Assembly: GCF_000018465.1 (NCBI RefSeq)
Contig: NC_010085.1
Span: forward strand, 120,001-152,000
Direction: 5' to 3'
DNA: 32,000 nt
Origin: Nitrosopumilus maritimus SCM1
GTDB taxonomy: Archaea > Thermoproteota > Nitrososphaeria > Nitrososphaerales > Nitrosopumilaceae
The first letter of the stretch is position 1; each line of letters begins with the position of its first letter. The notes under the pieces are model-generated. The model was given only the letters and a program-made list of their open reading frames with translations, made no database searches and was not told where the DNA came from. A program made the translations under genes and the position numbers. Positions 25,547-32,000 of the stretch are shown here, piece after piece.

Positions 25547-26671
25547 ATGGCAAAAGAAAATTTGATCATCATAATGATTGATGGTGGAAGATTTGATTAT
25601 GGTTTAAATTCAAAAGTTTTTCAGGAAGTAGAAAAAACTTCAGTATTTTTTTCAAATTCTATAACTTATGGGCCCCATACAATTGCTGCAATGCATGCAG
25701 TATTTAGTGGATGTTATGGAACTAGAACAGGAACAAACAGTTATTGGTCTACATATGATTTTAAAAAAGAAAGTTTTGTCACACTCACTGAATATTTGTC
25801 TTCTAATGGATATTTTACATCTGCAGATCTGATTAATGAGTTAGTAGTTCCTAAACAAGGATTTGATGAATATATCGTACATGATGAAATTAATGACGAT
25901 TTAACTTTAAGACACAAAAAAATCTTATCAAAAATTCAAACTAAAAATCAAAAGGGTCAACCATCTTTTCTTTATTTACATTATAGTAAAATTCACACAG
26001 GTATAATGAATGAGGTCTTAAAAAAATATGATAATTTTAGTGACGAATTCTTTGATAATCCTGATCAAAACAAAAATAGATATGAAAAATTATTTATTTC
26101 TGCTGAAAATTATTTAAAAACAATTTTAGAAGAAATTAAAAAACTAGGATTGGATGATAATTCTCTTATTCTAATTATGTCTGATCATGGTGTAAGTGTA
26201 GGTGAAAAATTTGGTGAACGAGCTTATGGAGCATTCTGTTATGATTACACGTTAAAAACAATCACCCATTTCATTTCAAAAAAATTTCAATCAAAAAGAA
26301 TTACACAGCAAGTACGCACAATAGATTTCATGCCTACAATTTTACAATTTTTAAAGATCCCATTAGATAATACCAAAGAACCATTAGACGGGGTTTCTTT
26401 GATGCCCTTGATCAATAACAAAAAAATTGATGAACAATTTGCCTATTCTGAAACAGGTAATCCTCTAAAAGAAAAACAACCTCCAAAAATTCCAAATGTT
26501 ATGTCTATTCGTAACTCAAATTGGAAACTAATATACAATTTACACAATGATTCCAAAGAAATGTACAATTTGCTTGAAGATCCGTTAGAATTAAAAAATT
26601 TGATTGGAACAAATAACGAAATTGAATCCATGCTTTGGAATGAATTACTCAAAATCCAACAATCTAACTAA
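25547..26671 (+). CDS. Alkaline-phosphatase-superfamily ('sulfatase'-family) protein with a Thr nucleophile (paralogue 2)
   Basis: LIIIMIDGGRFDY is the first strand with the metal-binding Asp. The nucleophile-position motif is T45-I-A-A-M-H-A-V-F-S-G, with Thr for Cys and Met for Arg, the same substitutions as in 22688-24052. MSDHGVS is also present. It lies 30 nt downstream of mpnS on the same strand. Confidence 0.65.
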   Translation: MAKENLIIIMIDGGRFDYGLNSKVFQEVEKTSVFFSNSITYGPHTIAAMHAVFSGCYGTRTGTNSYWSTYDFKKESFVTLTEYLSSNGYFTSADLINELVVPKQGFDEYIVHDEINDDLTLRHKKILSKIQTKNQKGQPSFLYLHYSKIHTGIMNEVLKKYDNFSDEFFDNPDQNKNRYEKLFISAENYLKTILEEIKKLGLDDNSLILIMSDHGVSVGEKFGERAYGAFCYDYTLKTITHFISKKFQSKRITQQVRTIDFMPTILQFLKIPLDNTKEPLDGVSLMPLINNKKIDEQFAYSETGNPLKEKQPPKIPNVMSIRNSNWKLIYNLHNDSKEMYNLLEDPLELKNLIGTNNEIESMLWNELLKIQQSN

Positions 26672-26672
26672 T

Positions 26673-27416
26673 TTATTTAAATAATTCTTCAGCTCTGTTT
26701 AGATCCTGTTTTGTATCAATTTCACACCATTTACCTGAAATGAATATTGGTGAAACTTGAATTGAATTATTAATTAATTCTTGAATCATATCTGTTAGAT
26801 ATCCTTTTTCTAAAGAAACTGCATTATGGAATTTTCCCGTATGGTTTTTTTGTAAGTAATCAATTTTTTCTAAAAATACTTTTGTTCCATGTTCACTCAT
26901 TTTTATAATTCCTAGAAATTCCCCAACAATATTTGAAGTACTTTGAATATTCTTTTTAATTTCAACAATGTTATTTTTTTTATCTAACAATACATTCTCT
27001 GCTTCAGAAAATGGATGTTCTGTTCTCCCTTCATAAGATTTTTTCCAGTCTAAATCAATTGCAATAGCAATATCTTTTGTTGTGTTAAGTATTTGATGAA
27101 TAATATTTTCATCAAAAATTATATCCGAATACAAAATTATTACTTCTCCTTGTAAGAAATTTTTAGCCACCATCAAACTTCCTAAAATATCATGCTTTTC
27201 ATTTTCAAAATCTTTGACTATTTTCATTCCTTTATTATCAAATTGATTATGTTTTCCTGAAATAACTATGATTTCTGAAATATTATTTGATTCAAATGCT
27301 TTAATTTGTCTCTCTAAGATAGTTTTTCCATTTACAGGAATTAGTGATTTTGGAATTTCTTTAAATTCTTTCGAAATTCTTTGACCTTTTCCTGCTGCAA
27401 TTATGATTACTTTCAT
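26673..27416 (-). CDS. Nucleotidyltransferase (NTP_transferase fold, LicC/PntC-like; candidate phosphonate cytidylyltransferase)
   Basis: It has the N-terminal MKVIIIAAGKGQRIS (G-x-G-x-R) signature and is 247 aa. It is the last gene of the ppm-ppdA-ppdB operon, with a 7-nt gap. The substrate is inferred from context only. Confidence 0.7.
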   Translation of the reverse strand: MKVIIIAAGKGQRISKEFKEIPKSLIPVNGKTILERQIKAFESNNISEIIVISGKHNQFDNKGMKIVKDFENEKHDILGSLMVAKNFLQGEVIILYSDIIFDENIIHQILNTTKDIAIAIDLDWKKSYEGRTEHPFSEAENVLLDKKNNIVEIKKNIQSTSNIVGEFLGIIKMSEHGTKVFLEKIDYLQKNHTGKFHNAVSLEKGYLTDMIQELINNSIQVSPIFISGKWCEIDTKQDLNRAEELFK

Positions 27417-27423
27417 GAATATT

Positions 27424-27972
27424 CTATAATGATTTTTTTACTCTATCTCTAATATCTTTAGGTTTCCAGATTACTCTTTTGCTTCTTTCTTTACTTGTAG
27501 AAATTTTTACCAACAAAAAGATCGGTCCATTGAGTCTCTTAATTTTTTTCAACATACTTTCTAATTGATTTTTGGATTTAGCTGTAAATGTTGTGTAGTT
27601 ACCAATTTTTGCAATTTTTTCTAAATGAATTTTTGAAGAATTTGTAGGCTGACCTCCAGTTGATTCATGACTACTATTATCAAAAACTACATGGATCAAA
27701 TTTTTTGGTTTCATACTACCAATAGTTACAATTGAACCTAAATTCATCAAAATATTCCCATCTCCATCAAACACAAAAACTCGTTTTTTTGGATTTTTTA
27801 TTGCTAATCCTAATCCTATTGATGATGCCAATCCCATTGACCCGATCATGTAAAAATTTGATTCCTTATCACATACTTCAAACAAATCTCTACTCATAAA
27901 GCCATTAGCTGAAACAATTGGAGAATTTTTTATATTTCTAGCTATGGTTGCCACTGCTTCTTTTCTAATCAT
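27424..27972 (-). CDS. ppd: Phosphonopyruvate decarboxylase, beta subunit (ThDP-binding C-terminal domain, ComE-like)
   Basis: It has the ThDP motif FDGDGNILMNLGS...VVFDNSSHESTGGQ (GDG-x~25-N). It overlaps the alpha-subunit gene by 8 nt and lies directly downstream of ppm. Confidence 0.85.
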   Translation of the reverse strand: MIRKEAVATIARNIKNSPIVSANGFMSRDLFEVCDKESNFYMIGSMGLASSIGLGLAIKNPKKRVFVFDGDGNILMNLGSIVTIGSMKPKNLIHVVFDNSSHESTGGQPTNSSKIHLEKIAKIGNYTTFTAKSKNQLESMLKKIKRLNGPIFLLVKISTSKERSKRVIWKPKDIRDRVKKSL

Positions 27973-28453
27973 GAAATAATCTCCGAATTACTAAGGCACA
28001 AGGTTTGTTGTTTTTCAAATTTTCTATTGCCCAATCACAACAAGATTTCCAATTAGAGTCAGTTAACACCTTTGATTTTAAACCAATAATTTTTAATAAA
28101 TCAGGTTGAATTTTTCCAATTTTTAGATGTTCAGGAGCATCATCTGATAAGTACCCTCTCCATCCTATCAAAAAAATTATTGGAATTTCGTATAATTGAA
28201 CTAATGATGTAATTGTACTTATGGAATTGGCAAATCCAGCATTTTGCATGAATACTAATGATGAACTTTTTGATATAGTAGTACCAGTTGCTATTCCAAT
28301 AGCTTCTTCTTCTCTAGTTGTAATGATGGAATTTTTATTTTTAATAGATTCGTCAATAAAGTGTTTCAGTGTAGAATCTGGGACCCCTATAAAATTTTCA
28401 ATTTTTTTCTTTTTTAGATAATGAAATAATTTTCTTTGATTTTTTTCATTCAA
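27965..28453 (-). CDS. ppd: Phosphonopyruvate decarboxylase, alpha subunit (ThDP pyrimidine-binding N-terminal domain, ComD-like)
   Basis: GVPDSTLKHF and REEEAIGIATG (catalytic Glu) are typical of the N-terminal domain of ThDP decarboxylases. A 4-bp overlap joins it to ppm. Confidence 0.85.
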   Translation of the reverse strand: MNEKNQRKLFHYLKKKKIENFIGVPDSTLKHFIDESIKNKNSIITTREEEAIGIATGTTISKSSSLVFMQNAGFANSISTITSLVQLYEIPIIFLIGWRGYLSDDAPEHLKIGKIQPDLLKIIGLKSKVLTDSNWKSCCDWAIENLKNNKPCALVIRRLFHD

Positions 28454-29349
28454 TTTATGTAACCCAATTTTTTAAGATTTTTTTCTATATCTGTTTCTTG
28501 TTTTTTTATTTCATACATTTCTTGCAGTTTAAAAATTTCTTCCATTGTAGTCATATTTGATTTTATTTGACTGAGACTTTTAGCTTTAGATAGTTGCTCC
28601 AGATGTTCTTTCATTGCTAAATGTGCTACTCGAAGTGATTGATTTGCATAAATTGCTATTCTTATTTTGTGTTTTTCTAATTCATCAATAGTTACATTTG
28701 GATATGATGTTGGAATTGCAATTATGGGTATATCTCCGTCCCACAAATCACAAAATTCAAAAATCTCATCAGGAGTTTTACTCTTTGAATGAATTAAAAT
28801 CGCATCTGCCCCAGCTTTTTTGTATGCATTAGCTCTTTTCAATGCTTCATCTACCCCTAATCCAGCTATTAATGCCTCCACTCTGGCAATGATCATAAAA
28901 TTTTCATTTACTTTAGCATTTTTAGCTGCAATTAATTTTGCAACAAAATCTTTTTCTGATAACAATTGTTGATTACCGTTTTCCAATAAACTGTTTTGTT
29001 TAGGAAAAATCTTATCCTCAATACTAACTGCAGCCACTCCTGCACTTTCATATTTTTTTACCATGTGACTCACATTGCTCGGTCCACCAAACCCTGTATC
29101 GCAATCTGCAATAACTGGAATTGAGCAAGCATCAGTCATATTAGATGCTACAGAAAGAAATTCTGTCATTGTAAGAATACTGGCATCTGGTAATGCATGA
29201 GTTGCAGAAATTGCAAAACTCCCGGCCCAAATTGCATCAAAACCGCTCAATTCCACTAATTTTGCCGACATTGCATCAAATGCACCAGCAACTTTCAAAA
29301 TTGATTTTTGATTAAGTTGAGAGTTTAGTATGTTTGCACCATCATTCAT
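28450..29349 (-). CDS. ppm: Phosphoenolpyruvate phosphomutase (PEP mutase)
   Basis: It belongs to the isocitrate-lyase/PEP-mutase superfamily (ADCDTGFGG). It carries the PepM-specific signature EDK-x5-NS as E111-D-K-I-F-P-K-Q-N-S120 (nt 28990-29019, checked codon by codon). Confidence 0.92.
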   Translation of the reverse strand: MNDGANILNSQLNQKSILKVAGAFDAMSAKLVELSGFDAIWAGSFAISATHALPDASILTMTEFLSVASNMTDACSIPVIADCDTGFGGPSNVSHMVKKYESAGVAAVSIEDKIFPKQNSLLENGNQQLLSEKDFVAKLIAAKNAKVNENFMIIARVEALIAGLGVDEALKRANAYKKAGADAILIHSKSKTPDEIFEFCDLWDGDIPIIAIPTSYPNVTIDELEKHKIRIAIYANQSLRVAHLAMKEHLEQLSKAKSLSQIKSNMTTMEEIFKLQEMYEIKKQETDIEKNLKKLGYIN

Positions 29350-29379
29350 TTCAATCAGTTATGCTTAGCAAATAATTTA

Positions 29380-29395
29380 ATCTATTATAATAGAT
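29380..29395. promoter_or_regulatory. Perfect 16-bp palindrome ATCTATTATAATAGAT in the 62-bp divergent ppm/pdh intergenic region; candidate bidirectional TATA element or operator
   Basis: I verified that the sequence is its own reverse complement. Its TTATAA centre lies about 24 nt upstream of the pdh ATG (29412) and about 38 nt upstream of the ppm ATG (29349), which is compatible with archaeal TATA spacing. There is no experimental support. Confidence 0.35.
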
Positions 29396-29411
29396 CTTTT
29401 TTGTTCTTTAT

Positions 29412-30347
29412 ATGTGGACCATTAAACAGCCTCCAAAAATCATTTTTGGTAAAAATTGTGTATCTGAGTTTATTTTTCCGACAAAGTGTTTAGTTGTAAC
29501 ATCTAAAGGAGCAAAATCTAGAGGATGGCTTGATTATTGTGGGTTAAATGATCAAATGATTTTTAATAATGTTGAACCAAACCCTTCAATCGAAACAACA
29601 GAAAAAATTATTTCAGAATTCCAAAATTCTGATTTTACACATATTGTTGGTATTGGAGGGGGCAGCTCAATGGATGTTGCCAAATATTGTGGTTTTAAAA
29701 TGAATAAACAAAAACTCATGATTCCAACTACTTTTGGAAGCGGTAGTGAAGTAACCCGTATTTCCGTATTGAAGGTTAATGGAAAGAAAAAAAGTTTTCA
29801 TGATGATGGAATCTTTTCTGATACTGCATTAATTGATTCATTTTTTCTTGAAAATTCTACACCTAAAATTTTTAAGAATTCTGTCATAGATGCATGTGCA
29901 CAATGTACTGAAGCATATGATAGTAAATCATCAAATCCATATACGAAGTTTTTTTGTAATCAAGCTTTTGAATTGTTAGAAGAAGGAATTCTTACAAATA
30001 ATAATGAAAAAATTGTATTGGGATCCTTATTTGATGGATTGGGATTTGGAAATTCTTCTACTACTTTAGGACATGCACTGTCCTATGTTTTTTCAAATGA
30101 GGGAATTTCTCATGGTCATGCTTTAGCATTTACTACTTCTGCTGCTCACAAATTTAACAAATCAAAATATTTTGAACGATTTGAAAAACTAGTTTCTTTC
30201 TTAGGTTTTGAACCCATCACATTAGAGCAATCATTAGATCATGCTACAGAAACAATCTTACCTGATAAAAAACACCTTGATAATAACCCAATTCCTGTAT
30301 CGAAAGACGACATCTATAACTTGTTAAAAACAATTATTTCAAAATAA
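29412..30347 (+). CDS. pdh: Iron-containing alcohol dehydrogenase (phosphonoacetaldehyde reductase, making 2-hydroxyethylphosphonate)
   Basis: It has the Fe-ADH motifs GIGGGSSMDVAKY and LGHALSY...ISHGHALA (metal-binding His residues). It is divergent from ppm. At 311 aa it is compact compared with typical ~380-aa family members. Substrate assignment comes from context and analogy with PhpC/FomC. Confidence 0.8.
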   Translation: MWTIKQPPKIIFGKNCVSEFIFPTKCLVVTSKGAKSRGWLDYCGLNDQMIFNNVEPNPSIETTEKIISEFQNSDFTHIVGIGGGSSMDVAKYCGFKMNKQKLMIPTTFGSGSEVTRISVLKVNGKKKSFHDDGIFSDTALIDSFFLENSTPKIFKNSVIDACAQCTEAYDSKSSNPYTKFFCNQAFELLEEGILTNNNEKIVLGSLFDGLGFGNSSTTLGHALSYVFSNEGISHGHALAFTTSAAHKFNKSKYFERFEKLVSFLGFEPITLEQSLDHATETILPDKKHLDNNPIPVSKDDIYNLLKTIISK

Positions 30348-30348
30348 T

Positions 30349-30645
30349 TTACTCATCAAAAATTATAACTTCATTTTGATTTTCGATGACTCTATAATTT
30401 TTTAAATCTCTACCTGGATTAGTTACACAATTTCCTTTAGAAATATCAAATTCCCATCCATGACCCCCACAAGTTAATGTTTGTCCTTTAACAAATCCCA
30501 ATTCTAATGGCCATTTGGCATGAGGACAGATTCCACTAACTGCAAAAATTTGTTCCCCGTTATTAAAAACAATAATTTTTGGACTGACTGATACTTCGAC
30601 TAATTTACCAATAGGAATATCTTGTTTTTTTACAGTGAATTTCAT
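30349..30645 (-). CDS. Rieske [2Fe-2S] domain protein
   Basis: C40-P-H42 ... C59-G-G-H62, with 16 residues between H42 and C59, fits the canonical C-x-H-x15-17-C-x2-H. The protein is 98 aa and starts 2 nt after the stop of the upstream MBL-fold gene. Confidence 0.85.
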   Translation of the reverse strand: MKFTVKKQDIPIGKLVEVSVSPKIIVFNNGEQIFAVSGICPHAKWPLELGFVKGQTLTCGGHGWEFDISKGNCVTNPGRDLKNYRVIENQNEVIIFDE

Positions 30646-30647
30646 AA

Positions 30648-31970
30648 TTAATGTAATCTATTATAGATTTTGTATATATTGCTAATTCTTGTTGGATCTG
30701 GATCATATAGCAAATTAATGAAATGTTCGTTCCATTGATCAGGTTTTCTATCCCCTTGCCACCTAGCTGATAAAAATAATGTTTCCCAAAGTAGTTCATT
30801 ATTAACTGCTTTTTGAACTAAATGTGCAGGGATTTTCATCCAATAATTCCAATCATCCGTTTTTCCTTCTGTTACAAAAGAACCTGATTCCTTATCTTTA
30901 GAAATATCTAAAATATACTCTCCTCCATTTTTACCGTCTGCAATCAGTTGAACTTTCATATCGATATGTTTTCGTGCAACAGGGTTTTCAGAGATTATTT
31001 TGTTGAAATAATCATATATCTCATTAGATAATTTTTGTGAAGCTTCTCCTTCTTCCTTCCATCGTCTATTAAGATCTTCTTGAACTTGGATTGAAAACTC
31101 ATTTACTACATCTGTCTTGTCTGATGAAAAAATTGGATTATTATTTTTGGTGTGTGTGCCATCAATTGAAATTTCATCATCTGCTGCCATGGCTACCACT
31201 TCTGTTCCTAAATTTCCACTATTATCCCACGCCTTTTTTGGTTCATCAGGACATCCAAAAACTGAGATGGGATAGTTTAGTTTTAGTTGAGATTCATGAG
31301 GAAATAATGGGCCTCCAGCATACGGAATAGCAAATTTTGGTTTTATAGTATTTACATAATTTACAAATCCATTGATTTTATTGTCTTTTCTTTTAATAGC
31401 AATTTCATCTCGTTTCTCTTTTGAATAATTATATGCATCTGGATACCAGTTTGCCACAGAATACATGAAAAATCCAATATCTGGTTTTGCAGCATTTACT
31501 TTCTTAAGGGATTCAAAATCCATTTTACAATCAGTCTGACAAAAAACTGTTCCTTCTTTGCTTTTGATAAGTAAAGCGGAATCCTCAAACATCAAATCTG
31601 GGTTTTTAATAGATGTGATTTCTAAACCCTCATTAATTTTTTCAGGTTTCCAAGAGTCAAGAACAGTGATGTTAGAAAATCCTAATTCTTTGATAGCATT
31701 ATGAAATCTATTTGTTGGAAAATTACAAATATAGATTTGTGTTTTTTTATCAAATTGACATAATGATTCTGCTTGAAAATGATCTTCATGTTCATGAGAA
31801 ATGTAAATTGCGTCAACGTCAGTAGGAATGTTTTTCTTTGTAGCTGGTTCTCTTCTAAGTGTATACCATGTGTTTACATTGCAAGGACCAACAATCCATG
31901 GATCAACAATTATTCTAAAATTATTCGTTTCAATTAGTGTACAAGCTTGTCCTAAAAATCTTACAAACAT
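30648..31970 (-). CDS. MBL-fold (Lactamase_B_3-like) protein; resembles the catalytic domain of CMP-N-acetylneuraminate hydroxylase (CMAH)
   Basis: It has H59-E-H-E-D-H64 (HxHxDH) preceded by IVDPWIVGP. By eye it is collinear over its full length with vertebrate CMAH as I remember it: DPWLIGP; IYISHLHSDH; ...CPFAGYF versus AIPYAGGP; GLLWDELYIG versus ELLWETLFLS. This needs a real alignment. Confidence 0.6.
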   Translation of the reverse strand: MFVRFLGQACTLIETNNFRIIVDPWIVGPCNVNTWYTLRREPATKKNIPTDVDAIYISHEHEDHFQAESLCQFDKKTQIYICNFPTNRFHNAIKELGFSNITVLDSWKPEKINEGLEITSIKNPDLMFEDSALLIKSKEGTVFCQTDCKMDFESLKKVNAAKPDIGFFMYSVANWYPDAYNYSKEKRDEIAIKRKDNKINGFVNYVNTIKPKFAIPYAGGPLFPHESQLKLNYPISVFGCPDEPKKAWDNSGNLGTEVVAMAADDEISIDGTHTKNNNPIFSSDKTDVVNEFSIQVQEDLNRRWKEEGEASQKLSNEIYDYFNKIISENPVARKHIDMKVQLIADGKNGGEYILDISKDKESGSFVTEGKTDDWNYWMKIPAHLVQKAVNNELLWETLFLSARWQGDRKPDQWNEHFINLLYDPDPTRISNIYKIYNRLH

Positions 31971-32000
31971 AAGTTTGTTTTAACCCAAATGGATTTAAAA

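Noticed and set aside
22688-26671. Annotating 22688-24052 and 25547-26671 as arylsulfatases or sulfate-ester hydrolases.
   Set aside because: Both lack the C/S-x-P-x-R formylglycine motif (T-S-P-S-M and T-I-A-A-M instead), and no FGly-generating enzyme or anaerobic sulfatase maturase is nearby. Only the fold assignment (alkaline-phosphatase superfamily) is kept.
27424-28453. Sulfopyruvate decarboxylase ComD/ComE (coenzyme M biosynthesis).
   Set aside because: The genes overlap, and are co-oriented with, a PEP mutase carrying the PepM-specific EDK-x5-NS motif. The window has no other coenzyme M genes. Context favours phosphonopyruvate as the substrate.
1-32000. A search for tRNA/rRNA genes, CRISPR repeats, transposases, integrases, terminal inverted repeats or long direct repeats marking a mobile island.
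   Set aside because: The intergenic spacers are all about 120 bp or shorter and AT-rich, with no GC-rich structured segments. I saw no periodic repeat-spacer pattern and no recombinase-like ORF. Any island boundaries must lie outside the window.

Overview
The window is AT-rich (about 30% GC by eye, not computed) and very tightly packed. I count 34 protein-coding genes (one cut by the left edge). I found no rRNA, tRNA, CRISPR array, transposase or integrase. Every product looks like a soluble cytoplasmic enzyme, and I saw no obvious transporter, flippase or polymerase. The content is a surface-glycan biosynthesis island with three parts. (1) Positions 1-15256 carry a pseudaminic-acid-like nonulosonic acid (NulO) gene set: PseB-like dehydratase, DegT-type aminotransferase, GNAT, NeuB-family synthase, cytidylyltransferase, formyltransferase-like protein and oxidoreductase. 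This set is interrupted at 7275-13818 by a carrier-protein acylation cassette: AcpS, HMGL-like aldolase, AMP-ligase, cyclase-family hydrolase, an ~85-aa ACP and an AAC(3)-like N-acyltransferase. (2) Positions 15375-22691 hold a second sugar module: GT-B-like protein, class-III aminotransferase, a second cytidylyltransferase, GDP-mannose 4,6-dehydratase, TIM-barrel isomerase-like protein, a second NeuB and a second Gfo/Idh/MocA oxidoreductase. (3) Positions 22688-30347 hold a phosphonate biosynthesis cluster: PEP mutase (EDK-x5-NS signature present), split phosphonopyruvate decarboxylase, Fe-alcohol dehydrogenase, and a two-cupin HEPD/HppE-family oxygenase. That oxygenase has His148/Gln152/His190 plus Phe162/Ile184, which I recall as the diagnostic residues of methylphosphonate synthase (MPnS) from Nitrosopumilus maritimus. 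Two 'sulfatase-family' proteins with Thr in place of the formylglycine Cys, and a nucleotidyltransferase, sit inside this cluster, which suggests the methylphosphonate is attached to a glycan. At the right edge (30349-31970) a Rieske protein and an MBL-fold protein look like a split homologue of animal CMP-sialic acid hydroxylase (CMAH). The headline system is methylphosphonate biosynthesis (PEP -> PnPy -> PnAA -> 2-HEP -> MPn). To my knowledge the route to MPn is already published, while the activation, transfer and acceptor steps encoded around it remain unresolved. All homology calls come from reading motifs by eye; no searches were run.
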